DNA from: an uncultured Alphaproteobacteria bacterium
GTDB lineage: Bacteria > Pseudomonadota > Alphaproteobacteria > UBA3830 > JAIRWN01
Direction of reading: 5' to 3'
NCBI GenBank assembly: GCA_964369315.1
Contig: CAYJEJ010000004.1
Location: 4,286-68,285, forward strand
Length of the DNA: 64,000 nt
A program made the translations under genes and the position numbers. The notes beneath the pieces are model-generated. The model was not told where the DNA came from. It saw only the letters and a program-made list of their open reading frames with translations, and did not search any database. This document shows, one piece after another, positions 49,565-58,828 of this stretch (the stretch's first letter is position 1; every line of letters begins with the position of its first letter).

Positions 49565-50926
49565 ATGAGTAACGGTGTTTTTATAAAGACTTTTGGATGC
49601 CAAATGAATCATTACGATTCATCAAAAGTTTTATCTATGCTTGAATCTGACGGTTTTAAGGTTGTCACGGATGTCAGCGATGCTGACTGTGAGGTCGTAA
49701 TATTTAATACATGTCATATTCGAGAGAAAGCGAATGATAAATTGTTTTCTGAAATAGGGCGTTTAAAAAAAATCAAAAAACAAAGACGTGAAGAGGGAAA
49801 AAACTTCATTGTCGTTGTCATGGGCTGTGTTGCACAGGTGTTGGGTTTGGATATTGTTCATCGTAGTGGTGGGTGTGTGGATGTTGTTGTTGGTGTGCAG
49901 TCTATCCATAAGTTGCCTGAGATTATAAAATCATTCAAAGTTCGACAAGAATGCTGCGTTGAAACAAAGCCCATAGTTGCAGTTGGGATGCATCAAGAGG
50001 AAAAATTCTCTTGCTATGATAACATTAATACTGCGGTTGAAGTGCCGTCTGCATTTATTACTGTGCAAGAGGGGTGTGAAAATTTTTGTACCTACTGTGT
50101 GGTGCCTTTTACAAGAGGTCGAGAGCAATCTCGGTCAATGCTTGGCATTAAGCAGGAAGTGGATAAATTGACTGAGCGGGGCGTTAAAGAGTTCATCTTA
50201 GGTGGGCAAAATGTGAACGCATATAATGGGCTAGATGAAAATGGGGACAAGCTAGACTTAGTCGACCTTATTGAAAAAATCTCAGAAAACCCCAAGGTAG
50301 AACGTATCCGTTTTATTTCTTCTCACCCTAGGAATATGTCAAAAAGGTTGATAGATGCCTTTGGCAGAATACCAGTTTTGATGCCATTTTTACATTTGCC
50401 TGTCCAATCTGGTTCAGACAGGATATTAAGGATGATGAACCGCCATCACGACAGGCAATACTATTTACACATAATTGACCAATTAAAGGCGTCTTGTCCA
50501 AAAATTGCCTTTTCTTCTGACTTTATAGTGGGCTTTCCAGGTGAGAATGATTCTGATTTTGAGATGACGATGGATTTAATTAAAACTGTTGGCTATGCAC
50601 AAGGCTATTCTTTTAAATTCAGTGCCCGACCTGATACGCCAGCTGAAAACATGCCTAACCAAGTTCCGGATGCGATAAAAGAAGAAAGATTAATTAAAAT
50701 CCAAGAACTTATCGCTCAAAAACAACAGGAGTTTAATGATGCTTCGGTCGGAAGTGTTCAACCCGTTTTATTTGATAGGGTTGGTCGACACGAGGGGCAA
50801 GTCAATGGTAAGACGGTGTTTAATCAATCGGTTTATGTGGAATGTGACCCGAGCGTTATAGGGCACACTAAACAAGTGCATATAAAAATGGCTGATAAGC
50901 ACAGCCTAAGTGGAGTGATAATTTGA
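49565..50926 (+). CDS. miaB: tRNA-2-methylthio-N6-dimethylallyladenosine synthase
   Basis: FIKTFGCQMNHYDS. NTCHIREKA. Radical-SAM CENFCTYCVVP. C-terminal TRAM domain. Confidence 0.95.
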   Translation: MSNGVFIKTFGCQMNHYDSSKVLSMLESDGFKVVTDVSDADCEVVIFNTCHIREKANDKLFSEIGRLKKIKKQRREEGKNFIVVVMGCVAQVLGLDIVHRSGGCVDVVVGVQSIHKLPEIIKSFKVRQECCVETKPIVAVGMHQEEKFSCYDNINTAVEVPSAFITVQEGCENFCTYCVVPFTRGREQSRSMLGIKQEVDKLTERGVKEFILGGQNVNAYNGLDENGDKLDLVDLIEKISENPKVERIRFISSHPRNMSKRLIDAFGRIPVLMPFLHLPVQSGSDRILRMMNRHHDRQYYLHIIDQLKASCPKIAFSSDFIVGFPGENDSDFEMTMDLIKTVGYAQGYSFKFSARPDTPAENMPNQVPDAIKEERLIKIQELIAQKQQEFNDASVGSVQPVLFDRVGRHEGQVNGKTVFNQSVYVECDPSVIGHTKQVHIKMADKHSLSGVII

Positions 50927-50972
50927 TATTAGTATCTAAAGTGTTTATAGGGCTGAGGATGAAATCATATTA

Positions 50973-51491
50973 ATGCCTGAGGAATTGAGCGATTGTTGTG
51001 AGTTCATCGTTGGTCAGTGGCATTTTTCAATTAAGTCGGAATCTTTGGCTTGGGCAGGATGTCCAATTTATGATATTGCCAGAGATTTGTTTGAAAAAGC
51101 TTTAGAAAATATTACCTTATCGATTAACCCTAAGAGTGAGATTTTTGTTGATATTCTCTTAGGCGATGATTGTTTTATTCAAAACTTGAATAAAGTCTAT
51201 AGAAATAAAGATGTTCCAACAAATGTTTTGTCTTTTGAATTAAATCCGATAAGTTCATGTGTAGACGAACGTGAATATATGCTCGGGGGGATTGCGTTAT
51301 CAATTGATACAATAAAAAATGAGGCAAATGTGCAATCTAAGGTGCTGAATCACCATATTATGCATTTGCTATTACATGGTTTTTTACATCTTTTGGGGTA
51401 TGTGCACGAAAAAGATGGTGATGCGAGTGTAATGGAAGATATTGAAGTTCGAGTTTTGTCTGAGTTTGGCTTGAAAAATCCATATGGTTAA
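50973..51491 (+). CDS. ybeY: rRNA maturation RNase YbeY
   Basis: Zinc-binding HLLLHGFLHLLGYVHE (HxxxHxxxxxH). Confidence 0.9.
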   Translation: MPEELSDCCEFIVGQWHFSIKSESLAWAGCPIYDIARDLFEKALENITLSINPKSEIFVDILLGDDCFIQNLNKVYRNKDVPTNVLSFELNPISSCVDEREYMLGGIALSIDTIKNEANVQSKVLNHHIMHLLLHGFLHLLGYVHEKDGDASVMEDIEVRVLSEFGLKNPYG

Positions 51492-52353
51492 GGAGGGGTC
51501 TTTGCTAAAAAAAGTATTAAGTTTTTTGTTTAAAAATAAGTTTTCACAAAAGGATTCTTACGAGCCTGATAATGGCGTGTCTGATGACAATGTTCCGCCT
51601 GAAGGTGCTGATATTAGCTCTAGCGAAAAGTTGTTGATGGGGAATGTGCTTTGTTTAAGGGATTTAACGGCTGAGGATATAATGATTCCTCGCGTTGAAA
51701 TATCGGCTGTGAAAAAGGATATTAGCTTTTTTGATTTGGTAAAAACATTTTCTAATTCACCACGATTGCAGCTTTTGGTCTATGGCAGTTCGCTGGATGA
51801 TATCGTGGGGATTATTAGCATCAGGGACGTTCTGCCCTTTTGCTTTAAGCCAGAAACATTTGATGTGACCAGTGTTATGAGGAATGTATCTTTTGTCGTG
51901 CCTAGCATGAAGTTGGATGAGTTGTTAGAGCAAATGAAAACCACGGGGATGCACCTTGCAATCGTGATTGATGAGTTTGGCGGCGTTGATGGTTTGGTCA
52001 CTTTGGAAGATGTTGTGAGCAAGATATTGGGCGGTATTTACCAAATAGATACTCCAGCGAGTGTTCCCCATTTGGTCAAACAACAGGACGGTTCTTATGT
52101 AATGGACGCCAAGTTGTTAATAGAAGATGCTGAAAAAACATTATCGAAAAAATTATTGCTACCTATCGGTGACGAAGAGGATGCACCAGATGTTGAAACT
52201 ATAGGCGGTTTGGTTGTTGCGTTGGCTAACCGAGTTCCTGCAAAGGGGGAGGTTTTTACCCATCCTTCAGGTATCAAGTTTGAGGTGGTAGACTCTGATT
52301 TGCGTCGTGTGAGGCGTGTTGTCGCTAGGATGGACAGTGCCGTCGTAGGGTAA
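51484..52353 (+). CDS. CBS-pair plus CorC/HlyC-domain protein (CorC/TlyC family)
   Basis: DIMIPRVEI start of the CBS pair. IVIDEFGGVDGLVTLEDV. C-terminal transporter-associated domain. An alternative TTG start at 51502 lies 5 nt after AAGGAGG. Confidence 0.85.
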   Translation: MVKEGSLLKKVLSFLFKNKFSQKDSYEPDNGVSDDNVPPEGADISSSEKLLMGNVLCLRDLTAEDIMIPRVEISAVKKDISFFDLVKTFSNSPRLQLLVYGSSLDDIVGIISIRDVLPFCFKPETFDVTSVMRNVSFVVPSMKLDELLEQMKTTGMHLAIVIDEFGGVDGLVTLEDVVSKILGGIYQIDTPASVPHLVKQQDGSYVMDAKLLIEDAEKTLSKKLLLPIGDEEDAPDVETIGGLVVALANRVPAKGEVFTHPSGIKFEVVDSDLRRVRRVVARMDSAVVG

Positions 52354-52434
52354 CTCATAAAAAATAATATTATTTCGTTGAAAAATAAAAAAATAAAAAT
52401 ATTTTTAAAAATTATATGTTATTTTTATAATTAT

Positions 52435-52450
52435 TAGGTAATATTACCTA
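52435..52450. repeat. perfect 16-bp palindrome TAGGTAATATTACCTA upstream of pal
   Basis: Read directly from the sequence. It lies 43 nt upstream of the pal ATG, at the end of a ~140-bp extremely AT-rich spacer. Confidence 0.9.
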
Positions 52451-52492
52451 TTGTATGGGTTTTTAATTTAGCTTTAGCTAGAAGGATATTTT

Positions 52493-52978
52493 ATGAAATA
52501 TACAGGAATTGGTTTTTTGTTAGCAGCATCTTTGTTGGTTGGTTGTCAATCAAACCAAGATGGCTCGAACTCTTGCTTGAATGGGCAGGCTAATTTTAAA
52601 AAAGGTTCTCCGGCTGAGTTTACTGCAACCTTTGTGTCAACTGCGGGTGACAGGGTGTTTTTTGAGCTCAACAGCTCTTCTTTGTCCCATGAGGCTCAGG
52701 CAACATTGATTCGCCAAGTGGAGTGGATGCTACAAAGCAAAAAATCGCGAATTTTAATTGAAGGTCGTTGTGACGAGCGTGGCACAAGAGAGTTTAACCT
52801 TGGCTTGGGTGAGCGTCGTGGAAATGCAGTGAAGAACTTTTTGATTGCACATGGCGTGCCAGCCGAGTCTATTACAGTGGTTTCTTATGGCAAGGACAAG
52901 CCAATAGAAGTCAGTGCTGACGCTGCAAAAGAGGAATTTTGGCGTCAAAATCGAGTTTCTATCACAGTTATTGAATAA
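52493..52978 (+). CDS. pal: peptidoglycan-associated lipoprotein
   Basis: Lipobox LLVGCQS. OmpA-like domain RILIEGRCDERGTREFNLGLGERRGNAVKNFLIAHGV. Confidence 0.9.
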   Translation: MKYTGIGFLLAASLLVGCQSNQDGSNSCLNGQANFKKGSPAEFTATFVSTAGDRVFFELNSSSLSHEAQATLIRQVEWMLQSKKSRILIEGRCDERGTREFNLGLGERRGNAVKNFLIAHGVPAESITVVSYGKDKPIEVSADAAKEEFWRQNRVSITVIE

Positions 52979-53000
52979 TAATTGTTAATCTTCATTTCGC

Positions 53001-53036
53001 AACCCTTCCCTATTTATTAAGGGAGGGGTTTTTTTG
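53001..53036 (+). terminator. rho-independent terminator after pal
   Basis: AACCCTTCCC (53001..53010) pairs with GGGAGGGGTT (53021..53030) with one G-U pair, then TTTTT. Confidence 0.8.
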
Positions 53037-53114
53037 TTGCACTAATACAGTCTTTGTTATGTGTGAAAAATATGTTACAATTCAGCACTTTGTAGTCTAG
53101 GGTTTTGTGTTTTT

Positions 53115-55199
53115 ATGATGAATTATTATATAGTCTGCCTTTTGGCTGTGTTAGCACTGGTTTATGGTGCGTTTTCAGCTGTTTCCATCTTTAAAGTTAG
53201 TGATGGGAACGACCGTATGCGTGAGATTGCATCCGCCATACAAGATGGTGCTTATTCCTATTTAAGCAATGAATATCGGGCAATTTTGATAGTGGGCAGT
53301 GTGGTTGCCATATCGGTTTGGCTTTTTATGGGGCTATATGCTGCGATAGGGTTTTTTGTTGGAGCTTCTTTGTCAGCTTTGGCGGGTTATGTTGGAATGA
53401 TGATTTCAGTGCGGGCAAATGTTCGCACAGCAGAGGCGTCACGCAGTGGGATTGAGTCTGGTTTTGCTTTGGCGTATAAAGCGGGGTCTGTGACTGGTTT
53501 TTGTGTTATTGGTCTTGGGCTTTTGGGAATGTCTGCTTATTACATATATTTAAGGTCAGTTTCTCTTGAAGGTCACTTTATTTCTGAGGCACTTTTAGCG
53601 TTTAGTTTTGGTGCATCTTTAATATCAATCTTTGCTCGTTTAGGGGGCGGAATTTTCACAAAAGGTGCTGACGTTGGTGCAGACTTGGTCGGAAAACTAG
53701 AGGCCGGCATCCCTGAGGATGACCCTCGTAACCCTGCAGTGATTGCGGATAATGTCGGTGATAATGTTGGCGATTGTGCGGGTATGGCGGCGGATTTGTT
53801 TGAAACATATGTTGTCACGACCACAGCCGCGATGGTTCTAGCGGGGATATTTTTTGCTGATGTGCACTTAGAGATGATGACGCTATATCCTTTGGCTGTT
53901 TGTGGTGTTTGTGTTATCGGCACCATAATCGGCACGTTTTTCGCACGTTTGGGCAAAACTAAAAACGTTATGAACGCACTTTATAAGAGCTTGTTCGCAA
54001 CAGCACTTTGCTCATTCTTATTTATTGTCGCGTTAACGTATTATATGATTCCTCCAGAAGAAGTTTTTGTCGCCGGTGCGATTAGCTTTTGTGCAAGCGA
54101 TTTAATCATCTGTTGTTTCATTGGTTTGCTTGTCACGGCGTTAATTGTTTGGGTGACAGAGTATTATACTTCAGCGTCTTATCGCCCTGTCAAGGTGATT
54201 GCAAAAAGCTCTGAGACTGGTCATGGCACCAATGTTATTCAGGGGCTGGCAATATCAATGGAGTCAACGGCGGTTCCTGTTGTGATTATTTGTTTTGGTA
54301 TTGTTGCCGCCTATATTACAGCCGGTCTTTATGGAATAGCCATTGCAGCCACAGCGATGTTGGCGTTGGCTGGCATAGTCATTACTTTGGACGCATATGG
54401 TCCTATCACAGATAATGCGGGCGGAATAGCCGAGATGGCAGAATTGCCAGAAAGCGTCCGAGCAGTGACAGATGTTTTGGACTCTGTGGGTAATACAACC
54501 AAGGCCGTGACCAAGGGTTATGCGATTGGGTCTGCAGGGTTGGCGGCACTTGTCTTGTTTTCAACCTATACGCAAGATTTACAACGTCTGTTTGAGGGTG
54601 TTTTGGTTGATTTTAGCCTAGAAAATGCTTATGTAGTGGTTGGCTTATTTATTGGCGGGTTATTGCCATATTTATTTGGTGCTTTTGGCATGACCTCTGT
54701 TGGTGCTGCTGGTGGTGCAATTGTGCGTGAGGTAAGACGCCAATTTAAGGAAAAACCAGGCATCATGAAAGGGACAGACAAACCAGATTATAGCCTTGCA
54801 GTTGCCATATTAACCAAGTCTGCTATCAAAGAAATGGTCTTGCCGTCTTTACTGCCAGTGTTTGCACCGGTTGTATTGTTTGGTCTGATATATCATTTCG
54901 TTGGTTTAGCCGAGGCATTTAGTGCCGTTGGTGCGATGTTATTGGGCACGATAGTGACAGGGTTATTTGTCGCAATTTCGATGACCTCTGGTGGTGGTGC
55001 TTGGGATAATGCTAAGAAATATATAGAGATGGGTAACTTTGGTGGTAAGGGGTCTGAGGCTCACAGGGCAGCTGTTACAGGCGATACTGTTGGCGACCCG
55101 TATAAAGACACGGTTGGACCAGCTGTGAACCCGTTGATAAAGATTGTTAACATTATCGCCCTGTTAATGCTAGCGGTGTTATCTAGGATATTGGGTTAG
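53115..55199 (+). CDS. hppA: membrane-bound proton-translocating pyrophosphatase, K+-independent type
   Basis: [50 protein letters not shown] (the Lys in GNTTKA marks K+-independent enzymes). [11 protein letters not shown]. Confidence 0.97.
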   Translation: MMNYYIVCLLAVLALVYGAFSAVSIFKVSDGNDRMREIASAIQDGAYSYLSNEYRAILIVGSVVAISVWLFMGLYAAIGFFVGASLSALAGYVGMMISVRANVRTAEASRSGIESGFALAYKAGSVTGFCVIGLGLLGMSAYYIYLRSVSLEGHFISEALLAFSFGASLISIFARLGGGIFTKGADVGADLVGKLEAGIPEDDPRNPAVIADNVGDNVGDCAGMAADLFETYVVTTTAAMVLAGIFFADVHLEMMTLYPLAVCGVCVIGTIIGTFFARLGKTKNVMNALYKSLFATALCSFLFIVALTYYMIPPEEVFVAGAISFCASDLIICCFIGLLVTALIVWVTEYYTSASYRPVKVIAKSSETGHGTNVIQGLAISMESTAVPVVIICFGIVAAYITAGLYGIAIAATAMLALAGIVITLDAYGPITDNAGGIAEMAELPESVRAVTDVLDSVGNTTKAVTKGYAIGSAGLAALVLFSTYTQDLQRLFEGVLVDFSLENAYVVVGLFIGGLLPYLFGAFGMTSVGAAGGAIVREVRRQFKEKPGIMKGTDKPDYSLAVAILTKSAIKEMVLPSLLPVFAPVVLFGLIYHFVGLAEAFSAVGAMLLGTIVTGLFVAISMTSGGGAWDNAKKYIEMGNFGGKGSEAHRAAVTGDTVGDPYKDTVGPAVNPLIKIVNIIALLMLAVLSRILG

Positions 55200-55227
55200 A
55201 GAGGCAAGATTTCTTGGTTTATTTTAA

Positions 55228-55256
55228 GGGCGGGGGAGTTTCCTCCGCCTTTTTTG
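55228..55256 (+). terminator. rho-independent terminator after hppA
   Basis: GGGCGGGGGA-GTT-TCCTCCGCC hairpin followed by TTTTTT. Confidence 0.8.
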
Positions 55257-55383
55257 ATATAGGTTGCTATATACATTAACTAAGCCAGAGTTTGAATGGT
55301 TTGGTCGTTGTCCTTAGGGCTATTGAGAATTTGTTTATTTGTTGGTAACGTAAGGGGTCTTTTTTAGAAGGGGTTTGTTGTTT

Positions 55384-56799
55384 ATGAGAAAGGTTTGTTT
55401 AGGGATTTTTTGCTCACTAATTTTAAATTTAGCGTGGAGTTGTTCGGCTAAAGATGAAGAAAAGCTTCAAATTCCTGATGAAATAAAAACTAACGTACCC
55501 AAAGAACATCAGGCGAGGGCATTTCTAGGTGCTATATTTAGCCTGATACAAACATCATATGTTGAGAACATGTCTGACGAGAAGTTGGTTGAATTGTCGC
55601 TCAACAACATTATGCCAGCATTGGACCCCCACTCTAGCTATCTTTCACCAAAGTCTTTTAAATCTTTGTTAGAGCATACAAATGGTGAATTTGGTGGGAT
55701 AGGGACAGAAATTGTGATGGATGGTGGGTTTATAAGAATTATTTCCCCAATAGATGATACCCCAGCATTTCATGCGGGCTTGAAGGCGGGCGACCTGATT
55801 ACTCACATAAATGGTGAGCTGGTGCAGTCGATGTCTTCTGATGAGGCGGTTGAAAAATTAAGGGGTCGTGCTGGAACCCATGTACGGATTAAGGTCAAAC
55901 GAGTAAATAAAGACCTTTTTACCGTGAAAATTAAGAGAGAGATGATTAAGGTTAAGTCTGTAAAGTATGAGATTTTCAATAATATCGCCTATATAAGGGT
56001 TGCTTTATTTGACCAAAATACCGTACCTGAAATGCGTAAATCACTCGAGAATATTAAAAAAAACCTCGGTAAAAAATTGCTCGGTATTGTTTTGGATTTA
56101 CGTAATAATCCAGGTGGCATTCTTGAGCAATCTGTTGGAGTGGCTGAGACTTTCTTGCCTAAAGACAAGGTCATTGTTTCAATCAAGTCTAGGGTTAAGG
56201 ATATAAATCAGGTGATGAAATCTTCATATTCTGGGGGGATAGAAAATGTTCCTTTGGTTGTTTTGATTAATAGCGGAAGTGCGTCGGCGTCCGAGATTGT
56301 CGCTGGTGCGTTACAAGACCACAAAAGAGCTTTAATTGTTGGGGTTCGCTCATTCGGTAAGGGGTCGGTTCAACAGGTTATTCCGCTGACTAAAGACTCG
56401 GGTATAAAGCTGACAGTTGCTAGATACCTAACCCCGAATAATAGGAGTATTCAGGCACGTGGAATTGACCCAGACATAGAAGTTAATATCGCGAAGATGG
56501 AGCCGATTCAGGAAGATTTTATTGTCAGAGAGGGGGATTTATACAACGCTCTCGATAAACAGGACAAGCCGAAAAAAAACCTCAGCGAAGATGAGGTCAA
56601 AAAAGAGATAAAGAAAGTTGAAAGAGTGGGCTTGATGGCAGATTCTAAAAAATCATCTAAAGAGAATGAAAAAGATGCTGACCTAAAGCTCAGAAAGCTT
56701 TCTTTGAAGGAACGCTTAGAACAGGACATCCAGCTTATGCATGCTTTCAACATGATAAAGGCTTGGAGAAAGATATCATTCACATGCTGCGGGAAGTAG
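55384..56799 (+). CDS. ctpA: S41 family carboxy-terminal processing peptidase with PDZ domain
   Basis: PDZ region GGIGTEIVMDGGFIRIISPIDDTPAFHAGLKAGDLI. Catalytic Ser block NSGSASASEIVAGALQD. Catalytic Lys block SFGKGSVQ. Signal peptide. ATG at 55384. Confidence 0.9.
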   Translation: MRKVCLGIFCSLILNLAWSCSAKDEEKLQIPDEIKTNVPKEHQARAFLGAIFSLIQTSYVENMSDEKLVELSLNNIMPALDPHSSYLSPKSFKSLLEHTNGEFGGIGTEIVMDGGFIRIISPIDDTPAFHAGLKAGDLITHINGELVQSMSSDEAVEKLRGRAGTHVRIKVKRVNKDLFTVKIKREMIKVKSVKYEIFNNIAYIRVALFDQNTVPEMRKSLENIKKNLGKKLLGIVLDLRNNPGGILEQSVGVAETFLPKDKVIVSIKSRVKDINQVMKSSYSGGIENVPLVVLINSGSASASEIVAGALQDHKRALIVGVRSFGKGSVQQVIPLTKDSGIKLTVARYLTPNNRSIQARGIDPDIEVNIAKMEPIQEDFIVREGDLYNALDKQDKPKKNLSEDEVKKEIKKVERVGLMADSKKSSKENEKDADLKLRKLSLKERLEQDIQLMHAFNMIKAWRKISFTCCGK

Positions 56800-56810
56800 G
56801 GTGGGCTTGT

Positions 56811-56857
56811 TTATCCACAAATATAGAGGATAAGTTTGTGTATAGAACTGTGGATAA
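56811..56857. promoter_or_regulatory. pair of perfect inverted DnaA boxes plus one degenerate box
   Basis: TTATCCACA at 56811..56819. TGTGGATAA at 56849..56857. AGAGGATAA (7/9) at 56825..56833. A possible promoter follows: TTGATA (56859..56864), 18-nt spacer, TATGAC (56883..56888). Confidence 0.6.
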
Positions 56858-56918
56858 ATTGATATAGGTAACCTTTGTCAGCTATGACTAATAATTAAGC
56901 AATTTTGGAAGCATATCG

Positions 56919-57851
56919 GTGGGTTATAAAATTACTGTTGCGAGCAAAACTTTTTTTGTTGGCGAATATGCAGTTTTGGAGCATTTTTCAGGGATTGTTT
57001 TATCGACGTCCCCTCGGTTTGAGCTAACTTGCGAAAGGGTTGGTGAAAACATTGAGGGCGGCAGTTTGCAGCTGAATTGTTCCTTGGGTGGAGAGCGTGC
57101 TTTAAGTCGCCTCATAAGTAAGAATGAGGAGCTTTTAAATCCTTATAATATTAATTTTATTGACCCACATAATAGGTGTGGGGGCTTTGGTGCATCGAGT
57201 GCTCGGTTTTTAATGCTTGCTAGATTAATCAAAGAATTGAAAGGCGAGAAATTTTGCATATTTGAGACGATACGGCTCTTTCAAGACCTTGGCTTTGATG
57301 AGAACAACCAAAACAGCTTAAAACCAAGTGGTGCAGATATCGCGACGCAGTTTGTCGGTGGGGTTGGGATATTAAATCAGGATGAGCAGGGCGAGAAAGC
57401 TGTCACATCTATCAATTGGGTGTTTGATGAGCTCAGGTGTTTAATATTCAAAACTTCTTGTAAGGTTGACACTGGTCGGCATTTGGAGGGGTTAAACTCC
57501 TCTTTTGCGACATGTGGTGCAATATCTCCCCTAAGAGCCTTGGTGCAAACAGGGGTGCAAGCGTTTTTTGAGAAGAAAAGCACTGATATTATCGATGTTG
57601 TGAACGAGTATTCAAACGTTATGAATAAAATCGGCTTAACGCATGACTACACTAACAATCTTTTAAGTCAAATGAGGGGACATGACGTCGTGCTTGCTGT
57701 CAAGGGATGTGGTGCGATGGCAGCGGATGTTGTGATTGTCCTATGTAAAGTAGGAAATGAAAACGAGGTCATTAAAATCGCCGATAGATATGGTTTATTA
57801 TATAAGTCATCAAGCAGTGATTTAAGCCCCCCGATGGAGATTGAAAGATAA
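56919..57851 (+). CDS. phosphomevalonate kinase (GHMP family)
   Basis: N-terminal KTFFVGEYAVLE (PMK-type GKLxxxGEYAVxE). GHMP motif II GGFGASSARF. C-terminal AVKGCGAMAADVVIVL. GTG start. Stop overlaps the next gene's ATG. Confidence 0.75.
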   Translation: MGYKITVASKTFFVGEYAVLEHFSGIVLSTSPRFELTCERVGENIEGGSLQLNCSLGGERALSRLISKNEELLNPYNINFIDPHNRCGGFGASSARFLMLARLIKELKGEKFCIFETIRLFQDLGFDENNQNSLKPSGADIATQFVGGVGILNQDEQGEKAVTSINWVFDELRCLIFKTSCKVDTGRHLEGLNSSFATCGAISPLRALVQTGVQAFFEKKSTDIIDVVNEYSNVMNKIGLTHDYTNNLLSQMRGHDVVLAVKGCGAMAADVVIVLCKVGNENEVIKIADRYGLLYKSSSSDLSPPMEIER

Positions 57852-58828
57852 TGTGGTCAGCTATTGCCCCGTCTAATATCGCGTTCATAAAATATATGGG
57901 CAAGTCTGATGTTGCGTCAAATTTGCCCACAAATAGCTCTCTTTCTTTCACAACAAAAAACTTAATCAGCAAAGTGAATATTATCCCGCACAAAGGCGAT
58001 ATTGACATATGGAGACCGCTGGATGATGAAAACTTTTTCACGCTAGACCTCAATGAGTTTGAACAGGCAAAGTACCTGTCCCACTTTAGTCGCATAAAAG
58101 AATTGTTTGGTGTCAGGGATAATTTTATTGTTGAATCTAGCAACAACTTTCCATCGAGCACGGGGATTGCAAGTTCTGCGTCGAGTTTTGCGGCACTGAC
58201 GAAAGCAGGGGTGTGGGCTATGTGTGAGGTTTCTGGGGCGGATGTTCCTGATGATGGATATATTTGTGAAATTAGTCGCCTTGGTTCTGGCTCTTCATGT
58301 CGTTCGTTCTTTCAGCCATGGGCTTTATGGAATTCTGCTGGGGTTAAGGAATTAGGTTTTGATGGATTTAATTTCTTAAATCATCAACTTTTAATCATTT
58401 CTTCTGAGAAAAAACTCGTCTCGTCCAGTCAGGCACATCAATTAGTCAAGACTAGTCTGCTTTTTCAAGGTCGACCTGAGCGAGCAAAACTGAGGCTCGA
58501 GCGGTTGATAGGTGCAATGAAGAAACAAGATTGGAAAGAAACATTCAACCTATGCTGGGCAGAATTTATGGATATGCACGCATTATTTGTAACTTGTAAC
58601 AAACCTTTTTCTTATATATCATCAAAAAGTATGGCGGTTTTGAACTTTGTGCTTGGTTTCTGGTCTGCGAATGATGATGGACCAGTTGTGACTATGGACG
58701 CCGGCGAAAATATTCATATTTTTTGGCGACCAAATCAGGCAGATGTGAAGAAAGAGTTTTTCTCTCGACTGCCTATAGAAGATTTTGGGGTGATAGATAA
58801 TGAAAAAATCTCTGGTAGCGTGCGGTAA
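57851..58828 (+). CDS. diphosphomevalonate decarboxylase
   Basis: APSNIAFIKYMGK. PTNSSLSFT. STGIASSASSFAALT. SRLGSGSSCRSFF. All are canonical MVD blocks. Confidence 0.9.
   Translation: MWSAIAPSNIAFIKYMGKSDVASNLPTNSSLSFTTKNLISKVNIIPHKGDIDIWRPLDDENFFTLDLNEFEQAKYLSHFSRIKELFGVRDNFIVESSNNFPSSTGIASSASSFAALTKAGVWAMCEVSGADVPDDGYICEISRLGSGSSCRSFFQPWALWNSAGVKELGFDGFNFLNHQLLIISSEKKLVSSSQAHQLVKTSLLFQGRPERAKLRLERLIGAMKKQDWKETFNLCWAEFMDMHALFVTCNKPFSYISSKSMAVLNFVLGFWSANDDGPVVTMDAGENIHIFWRPNQADVKKEFFSRLPIEDFGVIDNEKISGSVR

Noticed and set aside
56785-56799. C-terminal CCGK of the CtpA-like protease, resembling a eukaryotic CCXX/CaaX prenylation motif of the kind exploited by some intracellular-pathogen effectors.
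   Set aside because: The protein has a Sec-type signal peptide and a standard periplasmic S41/PDZ architecture. Exposure to host prenyltransferases is therefore implausible, and a four-residue match is weak.
56800-56918. Interpreting the DnaA-box pair as the chromosomal origin (oriC).
   Set aside because: The spacer is only 119 bp and I could not identify an AT-rich unwinding element or further boxes in it. There is no dnaA, hemE or parAB nearby, and no gene-orientation switch around it. It is kept only as one alternative within the DnaA-box finding, pending a GC-skew analysis.
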